A DNA stretch of 64,000 bases, taken from Ascidiella aspersa. Its lineage: Eukaryota. Of the stretch, positions 50,851-61,447 are shown in pieces. The notes under the pieces were generated by a model, which made no database searches, was not told where the DNA came from, and saw nothing but the letters and a program-made list of their open reading frames with translations. Within the stretch, counting starts at the first letter, position 1, and every line of letters starts with the position of its first letter. The translations under genes and the position numbers were made by a program. The stretch covers positions 2,232,001 to 2,296,000 of the forward strand of contig OZ004612.1 in assembly GCA_963924565.1 (NCBI GenBank). Reading direction: 5' to 3'.

Positions 50851-52089
50851 GCCCATGCCAGAGTGGTGAACTGTTTGGTGGTGATCCTCAATAATCAAGT
50901 TGCGTGGTGTTAGTGTGGCATTATCACAGGATGCTTGAGATCGTATGACACCGGAGCGTGATTTGAACTTTTGCACGTACTTGATCACTACCAATGAACC
51001 AGGCCACAGTCTTTTTCAACCTTGTCCTAATAACGATGACGAAATACGACAACCGATGCTTTGCAAAGACTCTATAACTTGAAACATGAAAAAAGACATT
51101 ACCTAGATTAGGTTGAAAAATGTAAATCTTGTTCGGGCGTTTCAATATATTGTCCCTTCTTTTTTAATATGATTTAGCATTTGTATGCACCACTTCGCTC
51201 GCCGGTCGTTTACAAATAGCAGAGAAAGACAGAGCAACGTCGCTCACAATTCGCCCACACTGCTCGCTCTTAAGCAAGAAGTGGCTCGATAAGATGAAAT
51301 GTAGGAAAGACATGACCGATTTTTGGGGATTAAGTCATTCTTAGGCGTGGGAAGGTATTGTGTGATTTTACTGAAATCCTGTGATTCAGCTGCATAATTT
51401 CGGAAACAAAACACAGCATTCAGTAGGTTTTTGGTTTGCTATCTCTAGTACCAAAAATCGTGGGCATATAGTTAAGCAGAAAATCACATCGTTTAATAAA
51501 ATAGAGTGGCTGTGACGCGACGATAACTGACTGTGGTGCAACAAAGGAACTGTGGAGCTTTTTGTGCGTTGGCAATCAAACGACCGTGACGAGTTTTGCG
51601 ACGATTCTTCAATTCGACTGTTTGTCGAACGCAAATATCGAAGGGAAATGCTTTAAATGTTTGTTTTTCGCCCAAATCTGAAGGAAAGTATTTTAGGGCG
51701 AGGTAGAAAATTGCAAGGCGAGGATTATGTTAGATCAGGGGTGGAAAATTAATTTTTACGCCGGGCAACTTCAGAAATGTCGGATCAGCAAAAAGAAATG
51801 CACACTATATGTGGTCATACTGTGACGCTATAAAAACGTAAATTTGCAAAATCTGATATTATTATAACTTTGTTATAGTTTTCCGCAAATGTTCAACTGA
51901 AGGAGAATGTCAAGAAAAGGCGAAAAAAAAGAGAAAGTATTGCGGCTATTTGATTTAAAATTCAACATTTAGGATTTAGAGGCGTGACGAAATAGGCACA
52001 GATAAAGTATTTGCACATTTCTCAAAATGTTAGCATTATCAAGTTGTAGGGGCGTTGTCACAGCGGTAAGGTTGCGCACACAAAGTACT

Positions 52090-52300
52090 TAAAAAGAAGC
52101 GCTTGACTTGGCTACGGCCTTGTTTAACCACGAGCGGAGCAAATCATTGGGCGCCCACAAATGAGAATGGCGGATGGTTGGGCGTGATGCGCTCACGCGG
52201 TAAGTCGGCCATCTTCTCTTGTCCGCTGGCCGCATTTTGTCGGCGGCAGAAAATGCATTTTCCAAGCACTAGTCGTACAGCAACTCCTCCGTGAACGACC
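52090..52300 (-). mobile_element. BEL/Pao integrase fragment within a local ~0.8-kb duplication (~49990-50820 vs ~51500-52300)
   Basis: DNA nearly identical to 50610-50820; left-flanking sequence also duplicated. Confidence 0.75.
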
Positions 52301-54159
52301 GAATAAATATGTCAGCTGTACTTCGGTTTTATAAACAGCTTGACCTTGGTAAAGTAGATTTGCGAAGTAAAGACTTTTATGCTTAACTGGCTTTTTGCAT
52401 TTTTTGCAGGCTACTTAATTAGTCAATCTATTTAAAAAAAACTCAAAACCTGCTTTTCAGGTTATACGTTAATTTTTGACGAAGAAAGGGAAGTAGTTTT
52501 TTTACATTCACCCACTTAAATGTGATAATTTTTTCTACGCCATTCAATTAAATGCCGATTCCAGACAGGCCGTATCCTTATAATGTATTAACCTTGTTGT
52601 GGGGAAGTACTAAGTTAACACATTTTTGACACAATTGTTGTGTAATTTATTATTGGTTTTCTTGGTTTAATTTGCTTCACTGCATTTCACTTCTTGCCTA
52701 ATTTTGTTTTTTTTGCCGTTACACTTTTACTCTCAAAATCACTCATTTGTCTTACTGTTTTAGCTTTGAAGGGACATTCCTTCGATTGCAAACCGTTCTG
52801 TAGCACGAGGTTTGTCCTGTTTTTGTTGTTGTGTTAGATGGTCACAATTTAAAAAGCAAGCGAGCGAGTGTTCGCACAAGAAAAAACCTGGTGACGAAGT
52901 CGCGTCACGCAACCTTTCTACAACGATGGAGTTTTAAAGCACAGTTGAATGCGTACACGAGGTCAGCGACAGGCGTTTGGCAGCGACAAAAACATAACGT
53001 AACGCATTCAAGAGACGACCAGCGCTTTTGCTTTTTTCACAATGTAGGCTATACACGCATTACGTTCATCGTGAAATATAAAGAAAACACATGTCATGAA
53101 ACTTCTCTCTACCGAACGTGTAGCGCCACGTGGTGCAAGGTTTAGGCACAAGAAAAAATGTTATGCCTTTAAAAATAAAGAAGCTATTACGCTTTCCGTA
53201 TAACGTTAAGTTCCATGTTAATTGCCAGATTCATTTCGTATCGGCGACAACACGAGGCTGGCAAATTTACACAGAAATGTTGTTTGCATTTGGTATTCTT
53301 TCTTTGCTCAATCGTTTGTACGCTTGTTGTTATTTTAACTCTTTCTTTCTCACTCACGTTAATTGTATCGCTTTTTAAATTTTGCACCTCACCTTCCACG
53401 CTTTTATTTCTCATTTTAGTACGATTGATTGGCATCGAATAATTAGTTACATTGGCACTTACGCCATTTTTCTCTTCGTCGTGGTGATTCGGAAAACGTA
53501 AACCAATAAAGCAATCTGGTTTTGGGAGAGCTTGTGAAACATTTAGAAACCTTGGGAATTGACGTTTCTGCCACCTTTTTATGCGTTTGCCGATTTTCAT
53601 TGTTTTACTATTTTGTTGTTTTCCTTATCGCTTTTATCGATACAGTTGAACTTGAACAACACGTAAAGTGTAGCGCTTGACATCCTAAAGTAGAGATCCT
53701 ACAGCTTGGCGTAACATTACAAAGTAATCAGTTCTTTTTCCCTGACGAAACTTGATTCATGAGCGTTTTCCTTTTGAAAACTGACGCCATGGAGAAAGTA
53801 ACGAAAAGTAAATAAATAAAAGGACGAACTACCAAGCTTATAAAGTTTGCTACAACTTATTTCTACAGGACGCTAAGCGAATCAATGGTAAAGTCCAGGT
53901 ACCTTTATTATTACAATGTTTATTTTTGAGTCCCGGTGACATTTTTGATTTATATATAAGCAACATATTTTGTTTGCCCAAAGCGTTTGAATGAGTTGCA
54001 CTGAAAAAAAGTTCTGAAACTATATTTTTGCTATGCCATTGTAAATATTTAGAAGGATTTTTTCAGATAAATCTTAAGAGCTTCACAAGTGTCACTTCAA
54101 CCGCTCGATGTGGCCCCTGAGCTCGATTAATTAACCGCGAGCAAGGCTGTCAGAACAAC

Positions 54160-54330
54160 ATGGTTGGTCGTGATGCGCTCACGCGGTAAGTCGGCCATCT
54201 TCTCTTGTCCGCTGGCCGCATTTCGTCGGCGGCAGAAAATGCATTTTCCAAGCACTCGTCGTACAGCAACTCCTCCGCGAACGACCCAATATCTTCGAGA
54301 AGCAAATTCCATGTTAGTTGTAATCTCACC
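54160..54330 (-). mobile_element. BEL/Pao integrase fragment
   Basis: RYWVVRGGVAVRRVLGKCIFCRRRNAASGQEKMADLPRERIT. Confidence 0.8.
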
Positions 54331-56044
54331 CTAAAACGGTACACGAGTTTTAGCAACTAATTTTTCTGAATATGCAACACACAGATGCAATGATAACTGC
54401 TTAAATGCATTAAAAGTATATCCAAGTGCATAACAAAACACGGTAAATGCATGCAATGCTAACGAGTAGAAGTTCAAATGGTAAGCTACCATGTCAAGTA
54501 GTTATAATTTGTTTTGTACAAGAATCAACTTCAAGCCCAAAGTGCTGAGATACAGTGAAGTCTAAACAAACCTTATCCATAATACCACCTTTTATAATAT
54601 TGTGAAACAAACCAAACGTTTTACATATTTATATTCATAATTTTTGTAAATCAGCAATTAACCAGCCACGGACCAGACAAAAACAAATATGATTAGATAT
54701 AAGTTAAATTAAATCAATGGTCTCAAGCCGCTGAACATTTGTGACGTCGCTGCGCACTTTTAGAAAATAATTTACATTTCCTTCAGTATTCCAAGTGTTT
54801 TCACTTTCACTTTTCGTCGCCTAAATACTTTCAGCTTTGGATTTAAATCTGATGCAGCGCTTTTTTCTTTACTGTGTTTTTTTGCTTAATGACCTTTTAT
54901 AATGTCTATGCGAACCTTCTACGTCGAACAAAAATTTTGATCGAATTTGCTTAAATTTATTATATATATTAATATGTATTTAAACAACTTGGTTCCCATC
55001 GTCAAACCTAGGTTTTATATTAAAAGTGAATTAAATGTGGCAATGAGAGAAAATAACTTACGGCGCAATAATGATCTACTTTGGTTAATTTTCAATAAAA
55101 CCGATAAGTTGCTCGCGTTTTACTTCAGCACTGGTTTCGATTTATTGCACGAAACGGGAAAACAGAGTTTACTAAGCAACCTTCTATCGTTGTCCAGGTG
55201 ATCAAGAAATTAATCGTTTTATATTAGTTCGGTTTTACGGGATTAACATAATTAATCTTTGTATACATTTTTGTTATTTAGGGATATTACTTGACTGAGC
55301 AAAGAATCTAAAACCCTTTCGTCAAAAAACACTGCTTTGAAAGCAAACCTTAGATACAACAATAATAATTATGTCGACCTACTGTCTGACGGTAGAGTTT
55401 ATATACAAACTGGTATCGGGTATCGGCTCCATCCGCTATTATCGGACATAGGTTGTTCCACCAAGAAAAACAGATACAACTAAGAAATACAACAGCATTA
55501 AAAGTATATTAGCAAAACATGGTAAATGCTTACAATGCTAACAAGTTTAAACGGTGAACTACATCAACAAGTGGTTGAAATAAAGTAGTGATCTAAACAA
55601 TAACAAATCAACATTATTAGCTTACAGTGTTTAAGTAAAACACCAGGGTGTATCCAAGTATTTAAACAATGTTATTTATGCCAACAAAATGCATACAACT
55701 TTGCAATTGTTCGAAACAGTTATCAACAAAAGTAGATAAAAATGATTTAAAGGTTAAATTAAACTTACAAAAGCAGCAATTCAATCAATATTTTAAATAA
55801 ACTAAGTTGAACCTAAAAAATACGTGCAAGAATTAATCTTGCAGGTTTTTGTGTAAAATCGACGGCTTCATATAGGTGTCACTTCCACCACTCGATGTCG
55901 CCCTTGAGCTCCATTAGTTTACCGCAAATAAATTTCAAACTCAGCAAGCTTTAATGGTCTTAAGCCACCGCATTGAACTACTGCCAGTGAATAAATGACT
56001 AACCCATTACGTTTAGGCACCGATTAGCTTGGATATCCCGTTTG

Positions 56045-56170
56045 CTGATTGGTTAATAGTAGTCACGTGAACAATGTACCTCGCTTTTCAGGGCGCAATT
56101 TTGTGTTTCTCTTTTTAAACAAATTGAACAATTAGCCGCGTTAACAAAGAAACGTCAAAACGTGACGTCA
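56045..56170. promoter_or_regulatory. Candidate promoter module (CCAAT-N11-E-box, CRE), third copy
   Basis: CTGATTGG-TTAATAGTAGT-CACGTG and TGACGTCA at 56163-56170. Confidence 0.45.
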
Positions 56171-58033
56171 AAGGCAGAACCTTAAGAACATCACACATTT
56201 CGTTCATTTGTTAAACTTTAGGCAAGAGAGGTGTTACTTACAACACAAAAGCTACAACGATGCTATGGATTCGTGCATAAAACGCCTCTATGTCGTTTAA
56301 GTTGCCAAAACTTCTAATTTTAAATGTTGCGATGAGGCGTCTTTGGGCTTAAAATATTTAATCAAAATGGATCAAGACCTACATAAAACATAGTTAAGAT
56401 TCGTTCCGAGCGCGAAACATTTGGCATTTTCAAAGTAATTGTCGGCAAAGGCTGTAGTTATTAGGGGGCTATTGTCACGTGCCCCCCCCGGGGCCTCTAA
56501 ACTGATTTTATCTTACAATAAACAATTTCCAAACACCTAGTTCAAAAAAACCTTACTTTGATTTTTGCTGCTAAAAAAGGCAATAAGTTTATTCCCTGCT
56601 AAATTTGAGTTACACTTTTGGGCAAATATTGGATTATTTGCTATAAAAAGCAAACAAGTTTGCAAATCAAAACCCTGTGTATTTATTTGTTTCGTCAAAT
56701 GTCGACGAAGTAGGTTAAAGGTAACAGTTTTGTTTGTCAAATATGCTAACCCACAATACAGTTATTACAGATATTGTTAATTTTTACAAATCCTACAGCT
56801 CGTTGTTGTTTTAAATAGTGATTTTATCTAACTACTTCTAAAAGTGTTTAAAATCGTAGTCGAATAATTTTGTTTGACTCATTTTCGTTCTTTCTGTGAA
56901 AGTTGATTTTGATCTCTCTCGCTTAACAAACGTGAGACTTAAGTAAACAAAGCAAAAGGTGTTACGTAACAATGTCGAGCACTGCGCTCTATTGTGACGC
57001 GTGTTGCCAAACAATGGTTTGAGTTTTACAAGTGTGAGATCCTTAATATTTAACTTGTATGCGGAAATAGGCGACCACTGCTCTACCAACTGAACTATCA
57101 ACAAAGTGAACAAAATAATGTTTACTAAGATCTGTGTAAATATTTAGTTCAAAAAAGCCTTTATTTAAGCCCTGCGCAGTTTAACTGAATCAAGGTTTGT
57201 ATTATAACAACGTGTAGTAAATAGTTTTAATAAAAATGAAAGAAAGTTAAATTTGTTACTGTTTTAATTGAATGACATATTAGGAACAACACAAATATAC
57301 ATTTTTTTTAACTTTATACTGAATATCTTAAAATCACATTTACGCTGTAAATATTCGTTGAAATTCGGGATAAATGATCGAAATATAAACACTACGCATC
57401 TTGAAGCTTTCTATGAGAAAACTAAAAAGTGACAATAAACAGGAATATTTCAAAGTCAATTGGAGGACAAAATCAATTCATCAAATGGAGCACAATGATT
57501 AAGAATCTTTGTATATGGCCGTATGTGTCTAATTCTACAATGAGGAATCAGGTGGTACTGTATAAGGACAAATTGAATTGAATTCTCGACAAGCTTTCGC
57601 ACAACCGTGCTTCCATCAGGTCAAAGTAGAAATGAAAGCAATTAAAATGCACGTAAAAGCAGAAGCGCGAGTAAAAGGCGAAAAGAATGATGACGACTGA
57701 CATATCAACAGGCTTATGCTCGCAAAAATGTGTCAATGACAAAAAAAATTATAATTAGGAAGAAGTTTATTTTTTCGATTTCAAACCTTCTCGCCTCAAT
57801 AATCCTAAAGAATTAGTTGTGCTGATTGGTTATTATTAGTCACGGCATTTTATACAATAAACCTATTATGAACTTTGTATTTTTGTTTAGAATCGTTATG
57901 GCGATAGAAACCTAAAGCAATTAAAATGCACAAGCGCGAGTAAAAAATGGTGGTGTCTAATATATCTATAGAAACATGCTATCAAAAACGTGTAACTGAC
58001 GCAAAAACAAAAAAAATATAATCAAAAATAAGT

Positions 58034-61000
58034 TTATTTTTTTGGTTTCAAGGCACGTCTTGCAAGTTTTATTGTTTTGTCGCATTCTTTAATTTTTTCA
58101 CTCGCCAAAGGATCGTCGATTTTTCTCCACAACTTGATTGCTGTTTTCGAACTCTGCATTGCTTTGTCATGTAGCTCCATCTTCAAATAACATTCACCGA
58201 TTCTCAAGTGACAACTTGCAGTAAGCATCGCTAACTCTTTATCGGGGTCCGACGTCGAATGAAGTTCGATTCCTTGTTCAAAGCATTTCACTGCATTTTC
58301 AAACTTGGGAAGTTGTTGAAACGAAAAGCCGACATCATAAAATAAATATTTTCGTTTTTCTAATGGAAGCTGTTTTATATATTCTTGTCCTTTTTCGAAA
58401 TAATACACAACCTTCTTATGTTTCTTTAGTTTAAAGCTACAGCTAATGAGTTCCACGAAACAAATTTGAATCATGACATCTTCTCTCTTGGTAGTTTTAT
58501 GAAAACCAAAAAACATTCCCAGAGAAGTTTCCAGTGTGTCATAAGCTTCCTCGTATCGATTACGATCAAGTTGGTTGAGACAAATTCCAGCGTTTAATTT
58601 CGCATTTGCAACTAACCGCACAAAGACATGTCCCTGATGTCCATCGCATATGGAGATTACTTCTTTATACTGATCTAATGCTAATTCGTACTTATTGTTG
58701 ATTTCATTATTTACTCCAACACACAAATACATTTCAGCTCTGACACGAACTTTGCTTTGCTGAAATTGTTTACTTGAGGGGTAGAGCTCATAAGCTTCCT
58801 TATACAATTCACTTGCTCGTAGAAAATTTTCCTTTTTTAGGTGGATTTTAGCCCGGAACCATTTGCATACAGCAGGGAGATGATATTTGTCGTCTGGAAC
58901 AAAATGCTTACTCTTCGAAATTTTTTCCGCCATTTTAATGACCTTTTCAGCTTCTGTGTAGTTTTCCATATCGATGTAAATTTCACCAAGATCTAGCAAC
59001 GCATTTGCTGTGTCGTGATCTGAAGTTTCATCGAAGGCCTTTTCACGACATTGAAGTAGATGTTTCTCGCCGTATTTAATGCTTTCTTTGTATTTGCCAA
59101 TTCTACGGTAATATTGAGCAACATAGCGCTGTGTACCTTCCAAAACATTGTCTTTTAAAACAAACTTAACAATGTTACCGGCCTTCTCAAACAAATGTTC
59201 TTCAACATATAATTTCAGCAACACACATTGACCTTCTCGTACATCCATATCTGTGCCGCTTGAATGAAAAGCTTGTTCATAACAATTGATGGCATATAAG
59301 TTCATTCCACGCTCGCAGTAACAAATTCCCATCAAAAACAACAACGTGTAACGCTGCATGTGATTATTTTCTTCCATCAAATCTAACCCACGTTGAAAGC
59401 ACTTCAAAGCGGGTTCCAACAAATTAACTTTGTAATAACACAAACCTTCGAGGGCGAAACTTGGGCCTTTATTATTTACAAACTTAAATATATTTCTGCT
59501 TCTGGATTTTTTTATGACATTAATTGCTTCGTTATACAAACGTAAAGACATAAGCAAAAATACAACACGAAACCAATTTGATTGGTTTGCTTCAGATTGC
59601 TTGATGGTGAACATTTGCAAATTAGAAGTTAAAGAGAAAAATTCAACAATTCTTGATTTTCCAAATACTTCGAGCAACAAATCATGAAAAGGTTCGAATC
59701 TTGCGTCAAGATAATCGCACTGTCCGGAGTATTTAAAGTAAACCCGCAACCTAACTTCACAGGCGAAAGCAAGTGCGAACATAAAATCATCCGATTGTTG
59801 CTGTGATATTTGGCTTGGAGTCAATTCCCGCAGAATATCGAAAGAAGACGACGATTTACAATTGTATCGTCTACCAAGTGCTGCTATAAACAAAGTGACG
59901 CTTCGAAATACAACGCTTTTGATGTTTACTGAGTCTTCATTAAGCATTAAAGTCAAGCATTTATTGATGTTAAATTTGTCAGTATCCACCTTAAGTTGTT
60001 TTTCCAGATTCTCGTCATAACGAGGTTGTTGTAAAATGTCAATTGTCTCCATCTTCATTTGATTGTAGATTGCATCATCGCCACAAACAAAGCATATTTT
60101 AGTTAAAATATCGCCCAAGTGGTAACCGTTTTTAAGGTCAATATCACGTCCAAGATATTCAAGCATTTCAGAAACAGGTTTGACCAGCTCAGTATCCCAG
60201 GGTTTGTTCGGTGTAGCTGACCTACCAAGTGGGAACTTGCAAGCATGTGGCATCATTCCATCAAATGAAATGCCACGAGGTGTGTGCGCATCAAAGAACC
60301 AATCTTGGTCGTTTTCCTGATCATTAATGAAAGGCAAAGCGACGCTTGGTATTATGGTTTCACCAAACTTTACAACCACGACTTGAAACATCACAGACAC
60401 CCAACGGAAATATTCCAGTATATCATTATAATCTGAACGATTTTGAACACCTTCTTCCAACAAATAGATGTGCTCGAAATCTGAATAAGGAGTGATTTCA
60501 TTTCTAGCAAGTGATCCCATTCCAACCAAAGCATATTTACAAGGAGCTGGACCTGTAGCTTCCACACAAAACTCCATTACATCTGCCATGAGCCACTTGT
60601 ATTTTTCTGTAATGGTTTTTTGTAAACTCTCTATCAGACTAGCTCTACGTTGATAGGTTTCTGCAAGTGAAATTGCTTTTAACGCAATATCCTTTATCCA
60701 ACACCGAAAGTCTTTCACTTTAGTGACAGATGCTTCAACCAGTTGCTTCAAACTGTCCACACTGGTGTCATGGCTGCCAGCAAGTTGAAGAACATGCGAA
60801 CAAAGCTCATCGAGATCTTTCTCAACCTCAGCAACGTTGTCAGGTTTCCTCACAACAGCTGCTTTTAACAACGTGGCGCTTCGAATGTAGGATATTTTCT
60901 TGTCGCGTCGTTTTGATATTCGTGCAATTATTTTATACGCTAGGCCTAGTCTGTGGATGACTTTAGCAGATGTCTTGGGGTCTCTTTCTTTTCCGTTTGC

Positions 61001-61078
61001 AAAGCATTGTGACTTTAACTCTTTTGCTAAAGGTTCAGTAAAGCTTGTCAAATATTCAACAGACACAATGTTTCCCAT
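58034..61078 (-). CDS. NTase-TPR family copy 6; intact 1014 aa, MGNIVS N-terminus
   Basis: Uninterrupted 3045-bp ORF; catalytic motif at ~60474-60517; TPR-like C-terminal half. Confidence 0.92.
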   Translation of the reverse strand: MGNIVSVEYLTSFTEPLAKELKSQCFANGKERDPKTSAKVIHRLGLAYKIIARISKRRDKKISYIRSATLLKAAVVRKPDNVAEVEKDLDELCSHVLQLAGSHDTSVDSLKQLVEASVTKVKDFRCWIKDIALKAISLAETYQRRASLIESLQKTITEKYKWLMADVMEFCVEATGPAPCKYALVGMGSLARNEITPYSDFEHIYLLEEGVQNRSDYNDILEYFRWVSVMFQVVVVKFGETIIPSVALPFINDQENDQDWFFDAHTPRGISFDGMMPHACKFPLGRSATPNKPWDTELVKPVSEMLEYLGRDIDLKNGYHLGDILTKICFVCGDDAIYNQMKMETIDILQQPRYDENLEKQLKVDTDKFNINKCLTLMLNEDSVNIKSVVFRSVTLFIAALGRRYNCKSSSSFDILRELTPSQISQQQSDDFMFALAFACEVRLRVYFKYSGQCDYLDARFEPFHDLLLEVFGKSRIVEFFSLTSNLQMFTIKQSEANQSNWFRVVFLLMSLRLYNEAINVIKKSRSRNIFKFVNNKGPSFALEGLCYYKVNLLEPALKCFQRGLDLMEENNHMQRYTLLFLMGICYCERGMNLYAINCYEQAFHSSGTDMDVREGQCVLLKLYVEEHLFEKAGNIVKFVLKDNVLEGTQRYVAQYYRRIGKYKESIKYGEKHLLQCREKAFDETSDHDTANALLDLGEIYIDMENYTEAEKVIKMAEKISKSKHFVPDDKYHLPAVCKWFRAKIHLKKENFLRASELYKEAYELYPSSKQFQQSKVRVRAEMYLCVGVNNEINNKYELALDQYKEVISICDGHQGHVFVRLVANAKLNAGICLNQLDRNRYEEAYDTLETSLGMFFGFHKTTKREDVMIQICFVELISCSFKLKKHKKVVYYFEKGQEYIKQLPLEKRKYLFYDVGFSFQQLPKFENAVKCFEQGIELHSTSDPDKELAMLTASCHLRIGECYLKMELHDKAMQSSKTAIKLWRKIDDPLASEKIKECDKTIKLARRALKPKK

Positions 61079-61344
61079 TTTAGGATTAAACTGACTAGCT
61101 GTGAAAAAGAAAGTTCAACTTTCTTAAATGTTGTGAATTTTAATAGTAGAATATTCTAGCAAAGCTAGCCAGTCAATATTAAGATATATATATTTATTTC
61201 TCCGGCAAACCGTCGTCAGTATTTCCTAATTATTGTAAATTTCCATTAAATAAAACGTAAAACAAATAATAATTAATATAATGTTTATAACTAATCTTAA
61301 TTCACTTTGAACATGGTGGAGAAGGCACTGAGTATATATTTACT

Positions 61345-61447
61345 TCACGTTCCTTTCCGTTTTTGTAACATAATAACTTTATTCGTTTGCACGTTAAAAA
61401 GTTTTAGCTTTGCAAATACAAGCTTGATTATCTGAACACCCTTGCGT
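61345..61447 (-). pseudogene. Decayed MQGC-type 5' relic upstream of copy 6
   Basis: ACG CAA GGG TGT TCA GAT AAT CAA GCT TGT ATT TGC AAA GCT AAA ACT TTT TAA (start mutated, early stop); paralogous to 49712-49819. Confidence 0.75.

Noticed and set aside
53187-53600. 137-aa ORF
   Set aside because: No recognisable motif and not conserved in the paralogous spacer around 24300/25560.
11956-61094. Short plus-strand and alternate-frame ORFs overlapping the NTase-TPR and Penelope ORFs
   Set aside because: Shadow frames; they recur only because the underlying genes are duplicated.
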